A stretch of 64,000 bases of DNA. It comes from an uncultured Clostridia bacterium. GTDB taxonomy: Bacteria > Bacillota > Clostridia > Christensenellales > Borkfalkiaceae. This document shows positions 28,290 through 40,900 of this stretch, piece by piece (position 1 is the stretch's first letter; every line of letters starts with the position of its first letter). Made by a program: the position numbers and the translations under genes. The notes under the pieces were generated by a model. It did no database searches. It saw nothing but the letters and a program-made list of their open reading frames with translations, and was not told the origin of the DNA. The DNA lies in contig CAKQME010000004.1 of NCBI GenBank assembly GCA_934254815.1, positions 45,984 through 109,983 of the forward strand. The letters run 5' to 3'.

Positions 28290-28985
28290 ATGATTGAAAA
28301 TACTAAAATAACCGTTTTCGGAGATTCGATAGGTAAAGGCGTTTTCACCGACGGCGGCAAGATAGAAGTACTTAAAGATAACGCCGTAAATATGTTTTCC
28401 GAGTGGTACGGCATAGAAATAGATAACCGTTCGGGATACGGGCAGTCGCTCAAACGCCTTGCGCAGAAAGGCGTTATTGATAAATATATTGCCGAAGCGG
28501 ACGGCGGCAAACGCAACGTGGCGGTACTCGAACTCGGCGGCAACGACGCCGATTTCGATTGGAAAGACGTCGCCGCGACGCCCGAAAAAGAACATTTTCC
28601 CAAAACGGGTATAGAGGAGTTTGCCGAAATTTACGCCGGAACTATAGCTAAATTAAAGGCGGCGGGTATAGAACCCGTCGTGTGTACGATAGTGCCTATC
28701 AGTTCGGAAAGATATTTCGATAACGTTATATCCAAGATTGCGGACGGCGAAAAAGTGCTTGAATATTTCAATGGAGATTTCAACACCATACACCGTCATC
28801 AGGAAATGTTCAATAACGAGATATTGAAATGCGCGTTCGGCGCGGGCGCGGGGCTTATAGATTTGCGCCGCGAATTTCTCAATACTAACGAATTCGAGAG
28901 CATGATATGCCTCGACGGAATACACCCCAACGTAAAGGGACATTCACGCATATTCGAGGTTGCGCGCGTTTATGCCGCGACGTAA
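28290..28985 (+). CDS. SGNH/GDSL-family hydrolase
   Basis: 'VFGDSIGKG', 'ELGGNDA' and 'DGIHPN' blocks. The ATG at 28290 is preferred over the listed TTG at 28269 because GGAGG (28278-28282) lies 7 nt upstream of it. Confidence 0.8.
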   Translation: MIENTKITVFGDSIGKGVFTDGGKIEVLKDNAVNMFSEWYGIEIDNRSGYGQSLKRLAQKGVIDKYIAEADGGKRNVAVLELGGNDADFDWKDVAATPEKEHFPKTGIEEFAEIYAGTIAKLKAAGIEPVVCTIVPISSERYFDNVISKIADGEKVLEYFNGDFNTIHRHQEMFNNEILKCAFGAGAGLIDLRREFLNTNEFESMICLDGIHPNVKGHSRIFEVARVYAAT

Positions 28986-29073
28986 TATTCGGGATAAAAT
29001 ATTTTACGACGGGAGTTACGCCCTGTAAGCTCAAAAATAATTAGACGTAAAAGGATAATGCTGTTATAAATAA

Positions 29074-29102
29074 TTGCTTTTCATAGCCGGATTTGCTATA
29101 AT
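29074..29102 (+). promoter_or_regulatory. Sigma-A promoter of prmA; a leaderless transcript is predicted
   Basis: TTGCTT-N17-TATAAT with a TGn extension. The -10 element ends 6 nt before the A of the prmA ATG (29109). No Shine-Dalgarno sequence is present. Confidence 0.6.
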
Positions 29103-29108
29103 TTAACT

Positions 29109-30056
29109 ATGAAATTTATCGAACTTACGGTTTCCACAACGACGGAGGCTCAGGAACTCGTCGCGGATATTATGTGGAATTATACTAACTACGGCGTTGC
29201 GATAAGCGACGTTAAAGACGTTGCCGAACTTGTAAACGAACGCCGTTCGACATGGGATTATATCGACGAAGAAGTTCTGAAAGAACTCAATCGTAACGTA
29301 ACGCTCGTAAAAGCGTACATAGCGACGGATATTGCCGATAAAACCATAGCCGAAATAGAAAAAGATCTCGAAACCCTGCGCGAGAGGTGTAAGGGTTTTA
29401 TAAACGTCGGCAGTCTGGAACTAGTAAGACGAATCGTCGACGGCGACGACTGGATAGAGATTTGGCGTAAACATTATAAACCGATGAAATTCGGCAAGGT
29501 GGTCGTCTGTCCCGCCTGGATAGATTATCTGCCGCAGCCCGACGAAGTCAAGGTCGTAATCGACAGTAATATGGCTTTCGGCACGGGCGAGCATGAAACG
29601 ACTTCAATGGTCATCGAACTGATGCAGGAATATATTCCTTACGCGAACACCGTTATAGACGTAGGCACGGGGAGCGGTATATTGGGCATCGCCGCGGCAA
29701 AACTCGGCGCAAAACGCGTGTTTATGACAGATATAGACTATGTCGCGGTAAAGACCGCTTCGCATAACTGCGAAATGAACGGCGTAAAAGATAAATGCGA
29801 AGTCTGCCTTAACAATCTGCTTACCGAAAAGAAAATCACGGGCGAGTTGCTGCTTGCCAACATTACCGCCGACGTGTTGCTTATTCTTGCCGATACCGTT
29901 ACGGAATACGTAACGACGGGTGGAGTGATGATTATGAGCGGAATTATAAAGGGGCGGGTCGACGAAGTTATCGAAAAATATTCGTCGCTGGGCTTCGAAA
30001 CGGAAAAACGCAGAGATAAAGGCGAGTGGATCGCGCTCGTTATGAGGAAGATATGA
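29109..30056 (+). CDS. prmA: Ribosomal protein L11 methyltransferase
   Basis: The N-terminus 'MKFIELTVSTTTEAQE' parallels Bacillus PrmA. Also 'FGTGEHETT' and the SAM-binding 'VIDVGTGSGILGI'. Confidence 0.9.
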   Translation: MKFIELTVSTTTEAQELVADIMWNYTNYGVAISDVKDVAELVNERRSTWDYIDEEVLKELNRNVTLVKAYIATDIADKTIAEIEKDLETLRERCKGFINVGSLELVRRIVDGDDWIEIWRKHYKPMKFGKVVVCPAWIDYLPQPDEVKVVIDSNMAFGTGEHETTSMVIELMQEYIPYANTVIDVGTGSGILGIAAAKLGAKRVFMTDIDYVAVKTASHNCEMNGVKDKCEVCLNNLLTEKKITGELLLANITADVLLILADTVTEYVTTGGVMIMSGIIKGRVDEVIEKYSSLGFETEKRRDKGEWIALVMRKI

Positions 30057-31291
30057 AAGCTGTAGTGTTTACACTGGGCTGTAAAGTCAACAGTTGCGAG
30101 AGTTCGTCGCTTTTAAACGGACTTCATTCGCTCGGTTACGAAGTGTCCGACGAACTCGGTTATGCTGACCTGTACATAATAAATACTTGCGCGGTGACTG
30201 CCGAAGCGGAGAAAAAATCCCGTCAGGCAATAGCGCGCGCCAGAAAATTCAACCCGAATTGTAAAATTATCGTTACGGGGTGCGCGTCCGAAAAAGCTCC
30301 TGCCGATTTTGCGAAAAAACAAAACGTAACGCTGGTTACGGGTACGAAATCTAAAGACAAAATACTTTCCATGCTCTCCGAAACGGGCGAAAAGCTCTAT
30401 GAAGACGACGAGTATTACGAAGAATATCTTCCAGCGAAAACAGATCGCGACAGAGCGTTTATCAAGGTTCAGGACGGTTGCGATAATTTTTGCAGTTACT
30501 GCATAATACCTTATCTGCGCGGGCGTTCGCGTTCGAGAAAGAAAGAAAACGTACTTAAAGAGATTGAATATCTGTCTCCGCTCGAAGCGGTCATAACGGG
30601 AATAAACCTTTCGGCTTACGATAAAAATGGCGACGGGCTTCAGGGGCTTATAGAAGAGCTTATACACGTTGAGTGCAGAGTGCGGTTGGGGTCGCTCGAA
30701 GTAAACGTGATAACCGGAGATTTTTTAAGGACGCTTAAAACGCTGCAAGATTTCGCCCCGCATTTTCATCTGTCGCTTCAGTCGGGCAGCAACGCGGTGC
30801 TTAAAAGTATGAACCGACATTACACCCGCGAGGAATTTTTGGAGAAATGTCGGCTTATAAGGCGGTTTTTCCCGCTTGCGGCTATTACGACGGATATAAT
30901 AGTCGGGTATTCCACCGAAACCGAAGAGGACTTTCTCGACAGTTTGTCGCTTGCGGAGGCGGCGGAGTTTGCCGATATACACTGTTTCCCCTATTCGCGG
31001 CGCGAGGGAACAGTGGGCGCGAAACTCAAAGAACTCGATCCAATCGTAAAAGACGAGCGAATGAAGAGAATCACCGACTTGAAAATGCGACTTAAAAACG
31101 CTTTTATAGAAAAAAATATCGGCTTGACGGCGGAATTTATCCCCGAAGAGACCGTTGACGGTTATTCGGCGGGGTATACGGGCAATTATATTCGTTGTTA
31201 CGTCAAAGGCGAATTAAAACGCGGAAAATACAAAGTGTCGCTGTTGTCGGCTTTCCGCGACGGCGCGCTTGCCGAAGTGACTAAAAACTGA
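30053..31291 (+). CDS. mtaB: tRNA methylthiotransferase, MtaB-type radical SAM (MiaB/RimO family)
   Basis: UPF0004 N-domain 'FTLGCKVNSCES', radical-SAM 'CDNFCSYCIIP' and a TRAM-like C-terminus. The start overlaps the prmA stop (ATGA). The prmA-mtaB neighbourhood matches that of Bacillus yqeT-yqeV. Confidence 0.8.
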   Translation: MKAVVFTLGCKVNSCESSSLLNGLHSLGYEVSDELGYADLYIINTCAVTAEAEKKSRQAIARARKFNPNCKIIVTGCASEKAPADFAKKQNVTLVTGTKSKDKILSMLSETGEKLYEDDEYYEEYLPAKTDRDRAFIKVQDGCDNFCSYCIIPYLRGRSRSRKKENVLKEIEYLSPLEAVITGINLSAYDKNGDGLQGLIEELIHVECRVRLGSLEVNVITGDFLRTLKTLQDFAPHFHLSLQSGSNAVLKSMNRHYTREEFLEKCRLIRRFFPLAAITTDIIVGYSTETEEDFLDSLSLAEAAEFADIHCFPYSRREGTVGAKLKELDPIVKDERMKRITDLKMRLKNAFIEKNIGLTAEFIPEETVDGYSAGYTGNYIRCYVKGELKRGKYKVSLLSAFRDGALAEVTKN

Positions 31292-31307
31292 AATAAGGAG
31301 TATTTAT

Positions 31308-31649
31308 ATGGAAGACTGTTTGTTCTGTAAATTCGTAAACGGGGATATACCCGTGGATAAAGTGTTCGAAAACGATGACTTTATAATAATACGCGATATC
31401 GCGCCTATGGCGAAAAATCATTTTCTCGCCATACCGAAAAAGCATTTCAAGTATCTTTCCGAAATGACGGAAGACGAAAAACGGCAATTGCTTAATATTT
31501 TCGAAACGATACCCGCGCTTAAAAGTCAGCTTAACCTTGAAAACGGGTATAGGCTCGTGATAAATCAGGGAGACGACGCCGGGCAGACCGTTCCGCATCT
31601 TCATATTCATATTTTATCGGGTCAGAAAATGGGTTGGCAGCCCGCCTGA
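31308..31649 (+). CDS. HIT-family (histidine triad) nucleotide hydrolase
   Basis: 'CLFCKF' zinc motif and 'VPHLHIHILSG' histidine triad. Confidence 0.9.
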   Translation: MEDCLFCKFVNGDIPVDKVFENDDFIIIRDIAPMAKNHFLAIPKKHFKYLSEMTEDEKRQLLNIFETIPALKSQLNLENGYRLVINQGDDAGQTVPHLHIHILSGQKMGWQPA

Positions 31650-31657
31650 TACTGTAC

Positions 31658-31693
31658 GCGACCGAGATATAAACCTCGGTCGCGTTTATTTTT
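31658..31693 (+). terminator. Rho-independent terminator after the HIT gene
   Basis: gcgaccgag / ctcggtcgc stem with an 8-nt loop, followed by gtttattttt. Confidence 0.8.
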
Positions 31694-31765
31694 GCAATCG
31701 GCATTTTATATGAATAAACCTGTAAAAAAAATTTATATTTACATTTATAAAAAGCCGTAAAACAA

Positions 31766-31794
31766 TTGACAATGTAAAGTCGAAGTGATATAAT
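31766..31794 (+). promoter_or_regulatory. Perfect consensus sigma-A promoter (P1) of the giant LRR gene
   Basis: TTGACA-N17-TATAAT, 180 nt upstream of the ATG at 31974. This implies a leader of about 170 nt. Confidence 0.75.
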
Positions 31795-31863
31795 ATTAGG
31801 CAAATAAAACGTGCGCGTTTACTTTAGCGTGATAAATTTCTATTTAACGCAAAATCTTCGTGA

Positions 31864-31902
31864 TATAAGCTGTACTTATACCTGCTATAAGCTCAGCTTA
31901 TA
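31864..31902. repeat. Left copy of the 39-nt inverted repeat (two 17-bp TATAAG-N5-CTTATA units separated by 5 bp)
   Basis: tataagctgtacttata-cctgc-tataagctcagcttata. It matches the reverse complement of 43073-43111 at 36 of 39 positions, with 30 consecutive identities (31864-31893 against 43082-43111). Confidence 0.95.
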
Positions 31903-31973
31903 GCATTATGAATAATATAAATTGTATGCATTAAAATTTTAATAATATGCAAAAATTTTTGAGGAGGTTCGAT

Positions 31974-34900
31974 ATGAACGGAAAAAACAAGTTGGTTGTT
32001 CTTCTGTTGGCGATTTTCGTCGCGATGACGGCTGCGTTCGGCGCGTCTTGTAAAGGCAAGCCGGAATCTACCGAAAACGGAATCGCTAAAAACGCAGAAT
32101 ACTATTGCGTTGCGGAAGCCGAAGAGTACGTCGTTACTTTAACGAACGCGAAAACTTATTTTTTGTCTGTCGCGGGTGAACGCAAAACCGGCGATTACAC
32201 GTTGAGCGAAAGCGGCGAGCTTAAACTTATCGTAGACGGAAACGAAGTTTCGGCAAGTATAAACGGCGACGAATTAGCCATAACTTACGGCGGTAAGTCC
32301 TATACGTTGCTTGAGAAAATCAAGAGAAGCGTTACGTTTGACAAGGGCGGGGCTACCGAAGTAAAGACGGTGACGAACGGTAAACCGGTTGAAAAACCCG
32401 CAGACCCTGCGGGTAAAGACGGTAAAGAATTTGTCGGCTGGTATGCTGCGGCGGATTACGGCGAAATATATAATTTCGCTGCACCAGTAAGAAGCGACAT
32501 CACCGTATACGCTCAATATATCGATACGGACGCGGGCGCGCGCGAGTTTACCGCTACGCTTAAAGACGGAACCGATAAAAAGATTTCCACTCATAACGGG
32601 AAAATTTACGGGCTTGAACCGCTTGCCGTCAAAGACGGAAAGGAATTCGACGGCTGGTACGTCAGCGATTTCAACGACGAAGCGAAACTCACCTATAAAT
32701 ATACCGACGAAGTTCTTAAAGAAAACGTCAACCTCTATCCCGTATGGAAAGGCGGTATTTACGGCGTAAAAGTCGCGGGCGACAATATAACCTGGAGCGC
32801 GAACAACGCCGTTGCGTTTAAAGTTACGATATCCGCTGCGGGGTTTGATAAAACTTTGCCCGTAACGAAGACGGAAGCGGAATGTAAATTTTCCGAAATG
32901 GCTGCGGGCGAATATAAAATCGTAATAACCGATAACGCGGGCGACAATAAATTCGAAGCTTATTATAACAATAAGGCTCTTGCTCGCGTATCCGATTTCA
33001 CCGTTGCCGAAAGCGGTATGCTTATATATAATCCCGTAGAGAACGCCGAAAAGTATATAATCACGGTCGATTGCGGAAATAAAAATCATAAACATACTTC
33101 GATAGATAACGGAACTTATACTTATTTCGATATTTCGGGCTGCGAAATGCAGAAAGGCGGCATAAAAGTTACGGTTAAAGCCGAAGCCGCGGGTTTAATA
33201 AGCTCCGAGGGGGTTTTCGTTTACGATAAAACGCTTGATAAAATCTCCGCGATAGATGTTAAAGACGGTAAACTCGTATGGAATGCCGTTGACAACGCTC
33301 TCGGTTACGTCTTAACGATAAACGGCGAAGAGATAAAACTCGACGCAAACGAATTTTCGTTAAAGGAATACGCCGAGGGAAAATACGATATAGAAATATA
33401 TCCCGTAAACTATAAATACAACAGCCCCGAAGCCGCAATATTGACGTATAATAAAACGCCGTTGGCGTCCCCCGCGGGGGTTGCCGTAAACGGCAACGTC
33501 CTTAAATGGAAATCGGTAGAAAACGCAACGGGATATTCCGTTAAATTGAACGGAACCGAATATACCGTTACCGCTAACGAGAAAGTTTTTGATTCCGACG
33601 ATATAAAGTCTTTCAATAAAGTTACGATTACGGCGTTTAACGAAACCGATAAGTCCGAAGAGTCCGACGTGTTCGAATTTGCCGACGATTCGCTTCGGGG
33701 GCTTAAATACGATTGCGGAAAGGTGTACTGGACTCCCGTCGTTGCGGCGGACAGCTATGCGGTGTCGGTCAACGGCGGCAAGGAAACAAACTATAATAAG
33801 GAGACGGTAAGCGCGCCGATCTCGTTTACCGAAAGCGGTAAAAACGTTATTACCGTATCTTATTATTATGGCGACGGGTCTTGCGGGGACACTCAGACCA
33901 TAACCGTTGACGTATATGAGATTAAATATATAGGTAAAAACGGACAGAGCGAGGTCGAGTATAAGGCTAAAGGCGATAAACTCGGTTTCCCTGCCGAAAA
34001 ACTTACCGTAACGGGCTTCGATATAGACGGTTGGTACGACGTACCCGACGGCGGAGCGAATAACGGCGCGAGATATCTTGCCGATAAGCTTTTAAAGTCG
34101 GGCGGAATTACGCTTTACGCCGATTTCTTGTCCAAGGCATACGACGTAACGCTTGTAAACGGCGACGAACAGACTGTCGAACAAGTTCGTTATAACGAAA
34201 CTTATACGTTAAGCGTTCCCGAAAGCGAGGACGAAAACCTTGTGTTCGGCGGTTGGTTCTTCCAGCCTAACGGAGTAGGCGATCAATATACGGATATGAG
34301 CGGCGTAAGTCTTAAAAAATGGAGCGCCGCGCATAACGAAGTTATTCTCTACGCCAATTGGTTGAGAGTATTCGAGTATACCTTAAACGGCACGAGAACG
34401 GGTTATATCGTTACCGAGGGAAAAGGTATTCCTTACGTTACGGAAGCGACGGTCAAAGATATAATGGGTACTTTGCCCGTAGTCAGCATTGACTCCCTTT
34501 CGGGCGCGGATAAACTCGAATATATTAAGATTCCCGACACCGTAAACTTCTCTGTCGGTATGAAAGAGGGCGTTGCCACAAGCGCGTTCGCGTCGTGTCA
34601 TAATCTTAAATCTATAATGATTTACGAAACGTCGGGCGTCGATAAATCGGGCTTTACTTCCGACGACGGAGCTGTTTATGTTACCGAAACCGACGGCGAT
34701 AAAACAACCAAGACGCTTGCGCTTATTCCTTACGGAAAAACGGGAACGTTTACTGTTGCATACGACGCTACCGCTTTGGCTACGGGCGCGCTTTCGGGTT
34801 CCGCATTGACAAAGGTAATAATACCCTCGTCGGTTACGGCAGTCGGAAACAACGCGTTCAAAAACTCTAAACTGCTTACCGAAGTCGAATTCCTTGCCGA

Positions 34901-37900
34901 AAAAGACGGCGAAGAAGCGAAAGAGCTTACATTCGGTCACAACGTATTTTTCGGTTGCGACGCGCTTGTAAAACTCACTCTTCCCGGCAGGCTCAAAGCA
35001 AGTTCTTGCGAGTTTGCAAGTTCTGTCAACGCAAACGCTAAACTTACGATGGGTTTCGATAAAGAAATCTTCGGTACTAACGCTTATAAAGCTACCGACG
35101 GAATTACTTCTCTTGAGAGAATAGACGTGGTCGGTAAAAAGGTCAATTATTCGTCTGTAGACGGAATACTTACCGATAAAGACGAAAAGACCGTTATATA
35201 TTGTCCCAGAGGCAGAACTGCGGACGTTACGTTGCCGAATACCGTCACCGAGATAGGAAACGCCGCGTTCAGAAATTGCGCGCTTATCGAAAACGTTTCG
35301 ATTCCCGGTACCGTCGCAACTATCCGCGAGGAAGCGTTTATGAGTTGTTCTAATCTCGCTTCGCTCGTGTTTGGCGGAGACGAGAACGACGGCGCGCTTA
35401 CGATTGAACAAGCCGCGTTTTACAGGGCGGGCAGACTTGAAAAAGTCACTTTACCCGCAAATCTTAAACGTATCGGACAGTATGCGTTTTACTCTGCGGC
35501 TTTAAGAGACGTTACCGTCGGGTGCGTCGGCGTAGACGACGGAACGCTGGAATTTGCCGACAATGCGTTCGGCAGTATTCCTATGCAGGGCTTTACTTCC
35601 GGTTTTGCGGTAACTAAACTTACTTTAGGTAAAGACACTCCGCTTATAGGTATATCTGCCGTGTTCGGGTATAAAATCGAAACGGTAGTACTCGATAAAG
35701 CTAATAAAAACTACTTTATCGATTCCGACGGGGCGTTGTACAGTGCGGATAAGACAAGACTTCTCTGCTACCCGAAAGGCGGCGCGACGGATATCGTTAT
35801 TGCCGACGGCGTTGAAGAAATCGACGCTAACGTGTTCAGAGAAAACGTAAATTTAAGAACCGTAAAAATTCCCGCTTCGCTCAAAAAGATAGGGGATAAC
35901 GCTTTCGCTCATTGCGAATTGTTGCAAAAAATAGAGTTTGCAAACGGCGATACTCCTATAACGATAGGCGACTTTGCTTTCAACGGCTGTAAGTCTCTTA
36001 TTTCCGTAGGGTTGCCGTCGGGTCTTACAAAGATAGGAGATAAGGCGTTTTATAATAACGCAAATCTTTCGTCGGTAACGTTCGGCGGAAATAAATTGAC
36101 CGAAATAGGCGAGTCTGCGTTCGCATATTGTAACGCGCTTACCGAAATAACTCTTCCGGAGGGGCTTGAAGTTATCGGTGACAGCGTATTCGTACAATGT
36201 AATTCACTCGTTACGGTTAATTTCCCCGCTTCGCTTGTAGAATTGGGCGAAAACGTATTCACTTATGTCAACGATGAGGGCTTGGCGAGATCCTGCGAGT
36301 CTCTTGCGGCGGTAAACTTCCACAAGGATAATGTGAAATACGAGTCGGTTAACGGTATAATGTACGAGAAAGTCGACGGAAAACCCAAGAATCTTATTTA
36401 TTGCCCCGTTATGTGCGGCGGTGAAGACGGCGTTGTCAAAATACCCGGTACGGTCGAAAACGTTGCCCCGAACGCGTTCTACGGCAATAAAGTCATTACC
36501 GAAGTAATATTCCTTAACGGCTCTGCCGACAGAGAGATAGCGCTCGGAGAAAAATTGTTTACCGGCGCGGATAAATTGACGAAAGTCACATTGCCGAACG
36601 GGTTGGAAACCATAGTAGATTTCTTATTGCAGGATACGGAGGTTAAAGAAATAACCGTACCGAATACCGTAAGAACAATATCCTGCAATGCATTCCTTGG
36701 AGCGAAAAAACTTGAAACGATAAATTTCGAAAGCGGAAATGAAGAATTATCTCTTACGATAGCCGACGGCATGGGTGGAAACGGTGCGTTTACGCAATGC
36801 ATAAGTCTCAAAGAAATCGAATTCCCCGAAAGAACAGTTAAAATAGGTGTTGCGGCGTTCGATATCGGCTATGGGTATACTTCTGCGCTTAAAAAGGTCA
36901 AGATACCTGCAAGCGTTACCGAAATAGGTAAATATGCTTTCCAAGGCTGCGACGCTCTCGAAACCGTAGAATTTGCGCCCGGCAGTAAACTTACGGCTAT
37001 CCCCGAATCGGCTTTCACAAACTCGAAGAATCTTAAAAATATCAATCTGCCCGAAAAACTTGTTACAATAGGTAATCAGGCGTTCCAGAATACGGGTTTA
37101 ACGGAAGTGACTCTGCCGTCTTCCGTAACGTCGATAGGAAACGCTTTCAATAACTGTAATTCTTTGAGAAAAATTACGATAGGCGACGGCGTTACGTCGA
37201 TACCTATGAGCGCGTTCCTTGACTGTAAATTCCTCAGCGAAGTCAATTTGGGTAACTCCGTAACGGCGATAGGCACATATGCTTTTAAAAATTGCGTGTC
37301 GCTTAAGGAGATTGCTCTTGGAGATAAGGTAACGACTATAGACGAACAGGCGTTCTATAATACTTCTCTTAAAAAGATAAAAATAGGCGCGGGCGTAACT
37401 TCTGTCGGAAACGAAGCGTTCAAATTCTCGAAACTTACCGAAGTCGAATTTGCCGTCGATAATGCGGGCGTCGCCGCGCTTCAGAGTATCGGTGACGAGG
37501 CGTTTGTCGGGACTGAAATAACTAAATTCGAAATTCCGGAAACGGCGAACGCGTTGACTTTGGGCGGTTCGTTGTTCAAGGGCTGCATAAGCTTAACCGA
37601 ACTTAAAATTTCGTCTAAGGTAACGTCGCTCGGTAATTCGCTTGACGGTTGCGTAACGCTCGATAACGTTACCGTTGCCGAAGAAAACGAAAATCTTAGC
37701 GTAAATAGCGGAATGCTTTGCAGTAAAGACGGGCATGTGGTGTATTGCGTATTCGGCGTTGCCGAGGGCGAATTGAGATTGCCCGACGGTATTCAGGAAA
37801 TTAAAGCCGACGCTTATAAAGGTCAGCCGAACATTACCAAAGTTATCATACCCGAAACTATCAAGACGATAGGCGCAAACGCGTTCGCAAACTGCGGAAA

Positions 37901-40900
37901 TCTCGTCGAAATCGTGTTTATCAAAAACGCGCCCTCGATTGAAAGTATAGGTAATGGCGCGTTTGAAAATTGTACGTCGCTGAAAAGCGTCAATCTTCCC
38001 GAAAGCCTCGAAGCGGTTGGCGATAAAGTGTTCAACGGCTGTTCTGCTCTCGCTACCGTATCTTTAGGCGGAGAAATAAAGACGATCGGTTCTTCCGCGT
38101 TTAAGGGTACGGCGTTAAAGTTTATAGAAATTCCCGCTTTGGTAACTTCTGTCGGTTCCGACGCTTTCGGCGGAACAAAGATCGCTTCCGTGACGATACC
38201 TGCAAACGTAACGACTATAGGAGATTCGGCGTTTGCCGGCTGTTCCGAACTCGCTTCGGTAATTTTCGCGGATAATTCGAGCCTTACTTCCGTAGGAAGC
38301 AATGCGTTTAACGGTACTGAAATTTCGGCAATAACGCTTCCGTCGACGGTTACTTCAATCAGCGCAAATATGCTTGCCGGTACTAAGATAACTTCGTTTG
38401 TCGTTCCCGAAAACGTAACGTCTATAGGAAATTATGCGTTTGATGGCATGGCTTCGCTCGAAAACATAACGATTGACGTTAAAGGTCTTAAAGAAATCGG
38501 AACGTATGCGTTCAGAAATTGTACGTCGCTTAAGAGTATTGAAATACCCGAGGGCGTTACAAAGATTAACCAGGGGGCTTTCTTCGGCTGTACTAATCTG
38601 TCGTCTGTTACGTTGCCTGAAACTTTGACTTTGTTAGGTACGTTAAGACCGAACACTTCTTCGGGTAAAAGGAATCCTGATTACGGTTCTGTATTCAGAG
38701 ATTGCAAGTCGTTGAAAAATATTGATTTGCCCGACAAAATTTCGTATATCGGACCCGATACGTTTAACGGGGCGGGGCTTGTGAGCGTAAAACTTCCCGC
38801 GTCGCTTAAATATCTTACTAACAAAAATATATTGTCGTCGAAAGCGCAGTCTCCGTTAAAGAGTAAAGCTTCGGGACAGTTTGCTAATTGCGTTGACCTT
38901 GAAACGGTAATACTTCCCGCGGGACTTCAGGCGATTGGCGCAAGCGTATTTAAAAACACGCCTAAGCTTAAAACTATGTATTATGACGGAGCAGGTTCCG
39001 CAGACGGAAACTGCTTGCCGATAAGTGCAGTTGAATTGAGTATAAGCGCGTTCGAGGGGTGTGGTTTAGAAAATATTAAAATACTCGGCGCGTTAAGCGA
39101 CAATACGAAATTCTATTTAGGGCAATGTTTTAAATATTCTTCTATAAAAAGAGTTGATTTGAGCGAGTCAAGACTCGCGTCTGTTCCGAAACTGTTATTT
39201 AAATATGCAGGTGATTTAGAAGAAGTTATTTTACCGGATTCGGTAACGGCAATAAAAAATGACGCTTTCTATGGTTGCGATAAACTTAAAAACGTAAATT
39301 TCCCATCAGGTTTAACAACTATAGAGATTAATGCGTTTAACGGTTGCTCCTTACTTGAAGAGGCTGATATTTCGAGTGTGACATCGCTTGCTTCCAGCGC
39401 GTTTGAGGGTTGTAGCAGTCTTAAAACCGTAAAACTCAGCGAATCGCTCACGGCAATACCCAATAATGCGTTTAAGGGTTGTTCGTCGCTCGAAAATATA
39501 GAGATACCCGATAACGTGACTGCGCTTGGCAGCGGATGTTTTGCTTCCTCCGGTCTTACTACTATTCGTTTATCCGCAAAGGTTACTTCTATCGGTGGAG
39601 GCGCGTTATCCGCACCGTCGCTTATAAGAATAACGGTTGATAAAGACAATGCGAAATACTCCGTTAAAAACAGTTTCCTTATTGAAGACGGAGTTAAAGT
39701 CGTTGCTTTCCCCAACGGTAAACCGTTTGTTGCCGACGAAACGCTTGTGCTTCCCGACGGCGTGACGAATATCGCTTCCGACGTTTTCGCAAATAACGTA
39801 AACGTTAAAAAGATTTCCGTTCCGTCTACGGTTGTGGAAATTTCCGACGGCGCGTTCCGCTCTTTCAAGGGGCTTGAAGAGGTGATACTTGCCGACGGCA
39901 TAAAAGTAATAGGTAATGACGCGTTCAGCGGTTGCGTTGCGCTCGATAAGATAAATCTTCCGTCGTCGCTTGTGAAAATAGGAGAAACGGCGTTTAACGG
40001 TTGCGTTTCGCTTGCGGCTATAGATTTTGCAACTACGAATCCCGAAGTTGTTTTGAGCGACGGCGCGTTCGGCGGCACAGGGCTTACGACGTTGGATTTG
40101 TCTATGCTGAATATGAAAACGATGGCGAATAATTTGTTCGCTGAATGTGAATCGCTCATCGAGGTGAAGTTACCGGAAAATCTTGAAAAATTGGGCAATA
40201 GCGCGTTTAATAGTTGCATAGCGCTTGAAAATGTTGAATTTGGCGGTAAATTAACCTATATCGACATTGCGGCGTTCAACGGTTGTTCGGCTTTGCGTTC
40301 GGTTGCGTTACCTGAAAGTTTGACGGATCTTATGCAGTCGGCGTTCCAGAATTCGGGTCTTACTTCTATAACTCTGCCGAGCGGGGTATCGGACGTTAAA
40401 AATGCAGTGTTCAGCGGTTGTAAGCAACTTGTCGAATTTAAAGCTTCGGGAGAGTTGACTAAATTATACGATAGCGCATTCAACGGTTGCTCGTCGCTTA
40501 AATCTATAACAATAGGCTCTGCTGTCGAGAGTATAGGTAAAACGGCGTTCAGCGGGTGTTCTGCGCTCGAAACGGTAACGTTCGAAAACGGCGCCAATCC
40601 GATTTTCGGAAAACAAGCGTTCGAAAATTGTACTTCGCTTAAAACGATAACGCTTCCTGCGGGTATTACCGAAATTCCCGAAAAGACGTTCAGCGGAGCA
40701 GGGTTGACTGAAATAGTTCTTCCCGATGCGGTTACGACGATAGGCGACAGAGCGTTTGAAAATTGCGCTTCGCTTACAAAGGTAACGCTTCCCGCGAAAC
40801 TTTCGGTAATTCCGAGCTATATGTTCTATGGTTCGGGTATAACGGAAATAACTCTTCCCGAGACCGTCCATACTATCGGCTCGAATGCTTTCGGCAATTG

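Noticed and set aside
31925-31950. AT-rich palindromes in the giant-gene leader (ttaaaattttaa and atgcat)
   Set aside because: These are low-complexity AT sequences, and such palindromes are expected by chance in an AT-rich leader. Unlike the 39-nt repeat, they have no second copy elsewhere.
31947-31973. An upstream start (MQKFLRRFD) for the giant LRR gene
   Set aside because: GAGGAGG at 31961-31967 is correctly spaced for the ATG at 31974. That ATG also begins a canonical lipoprotein signal peptide.
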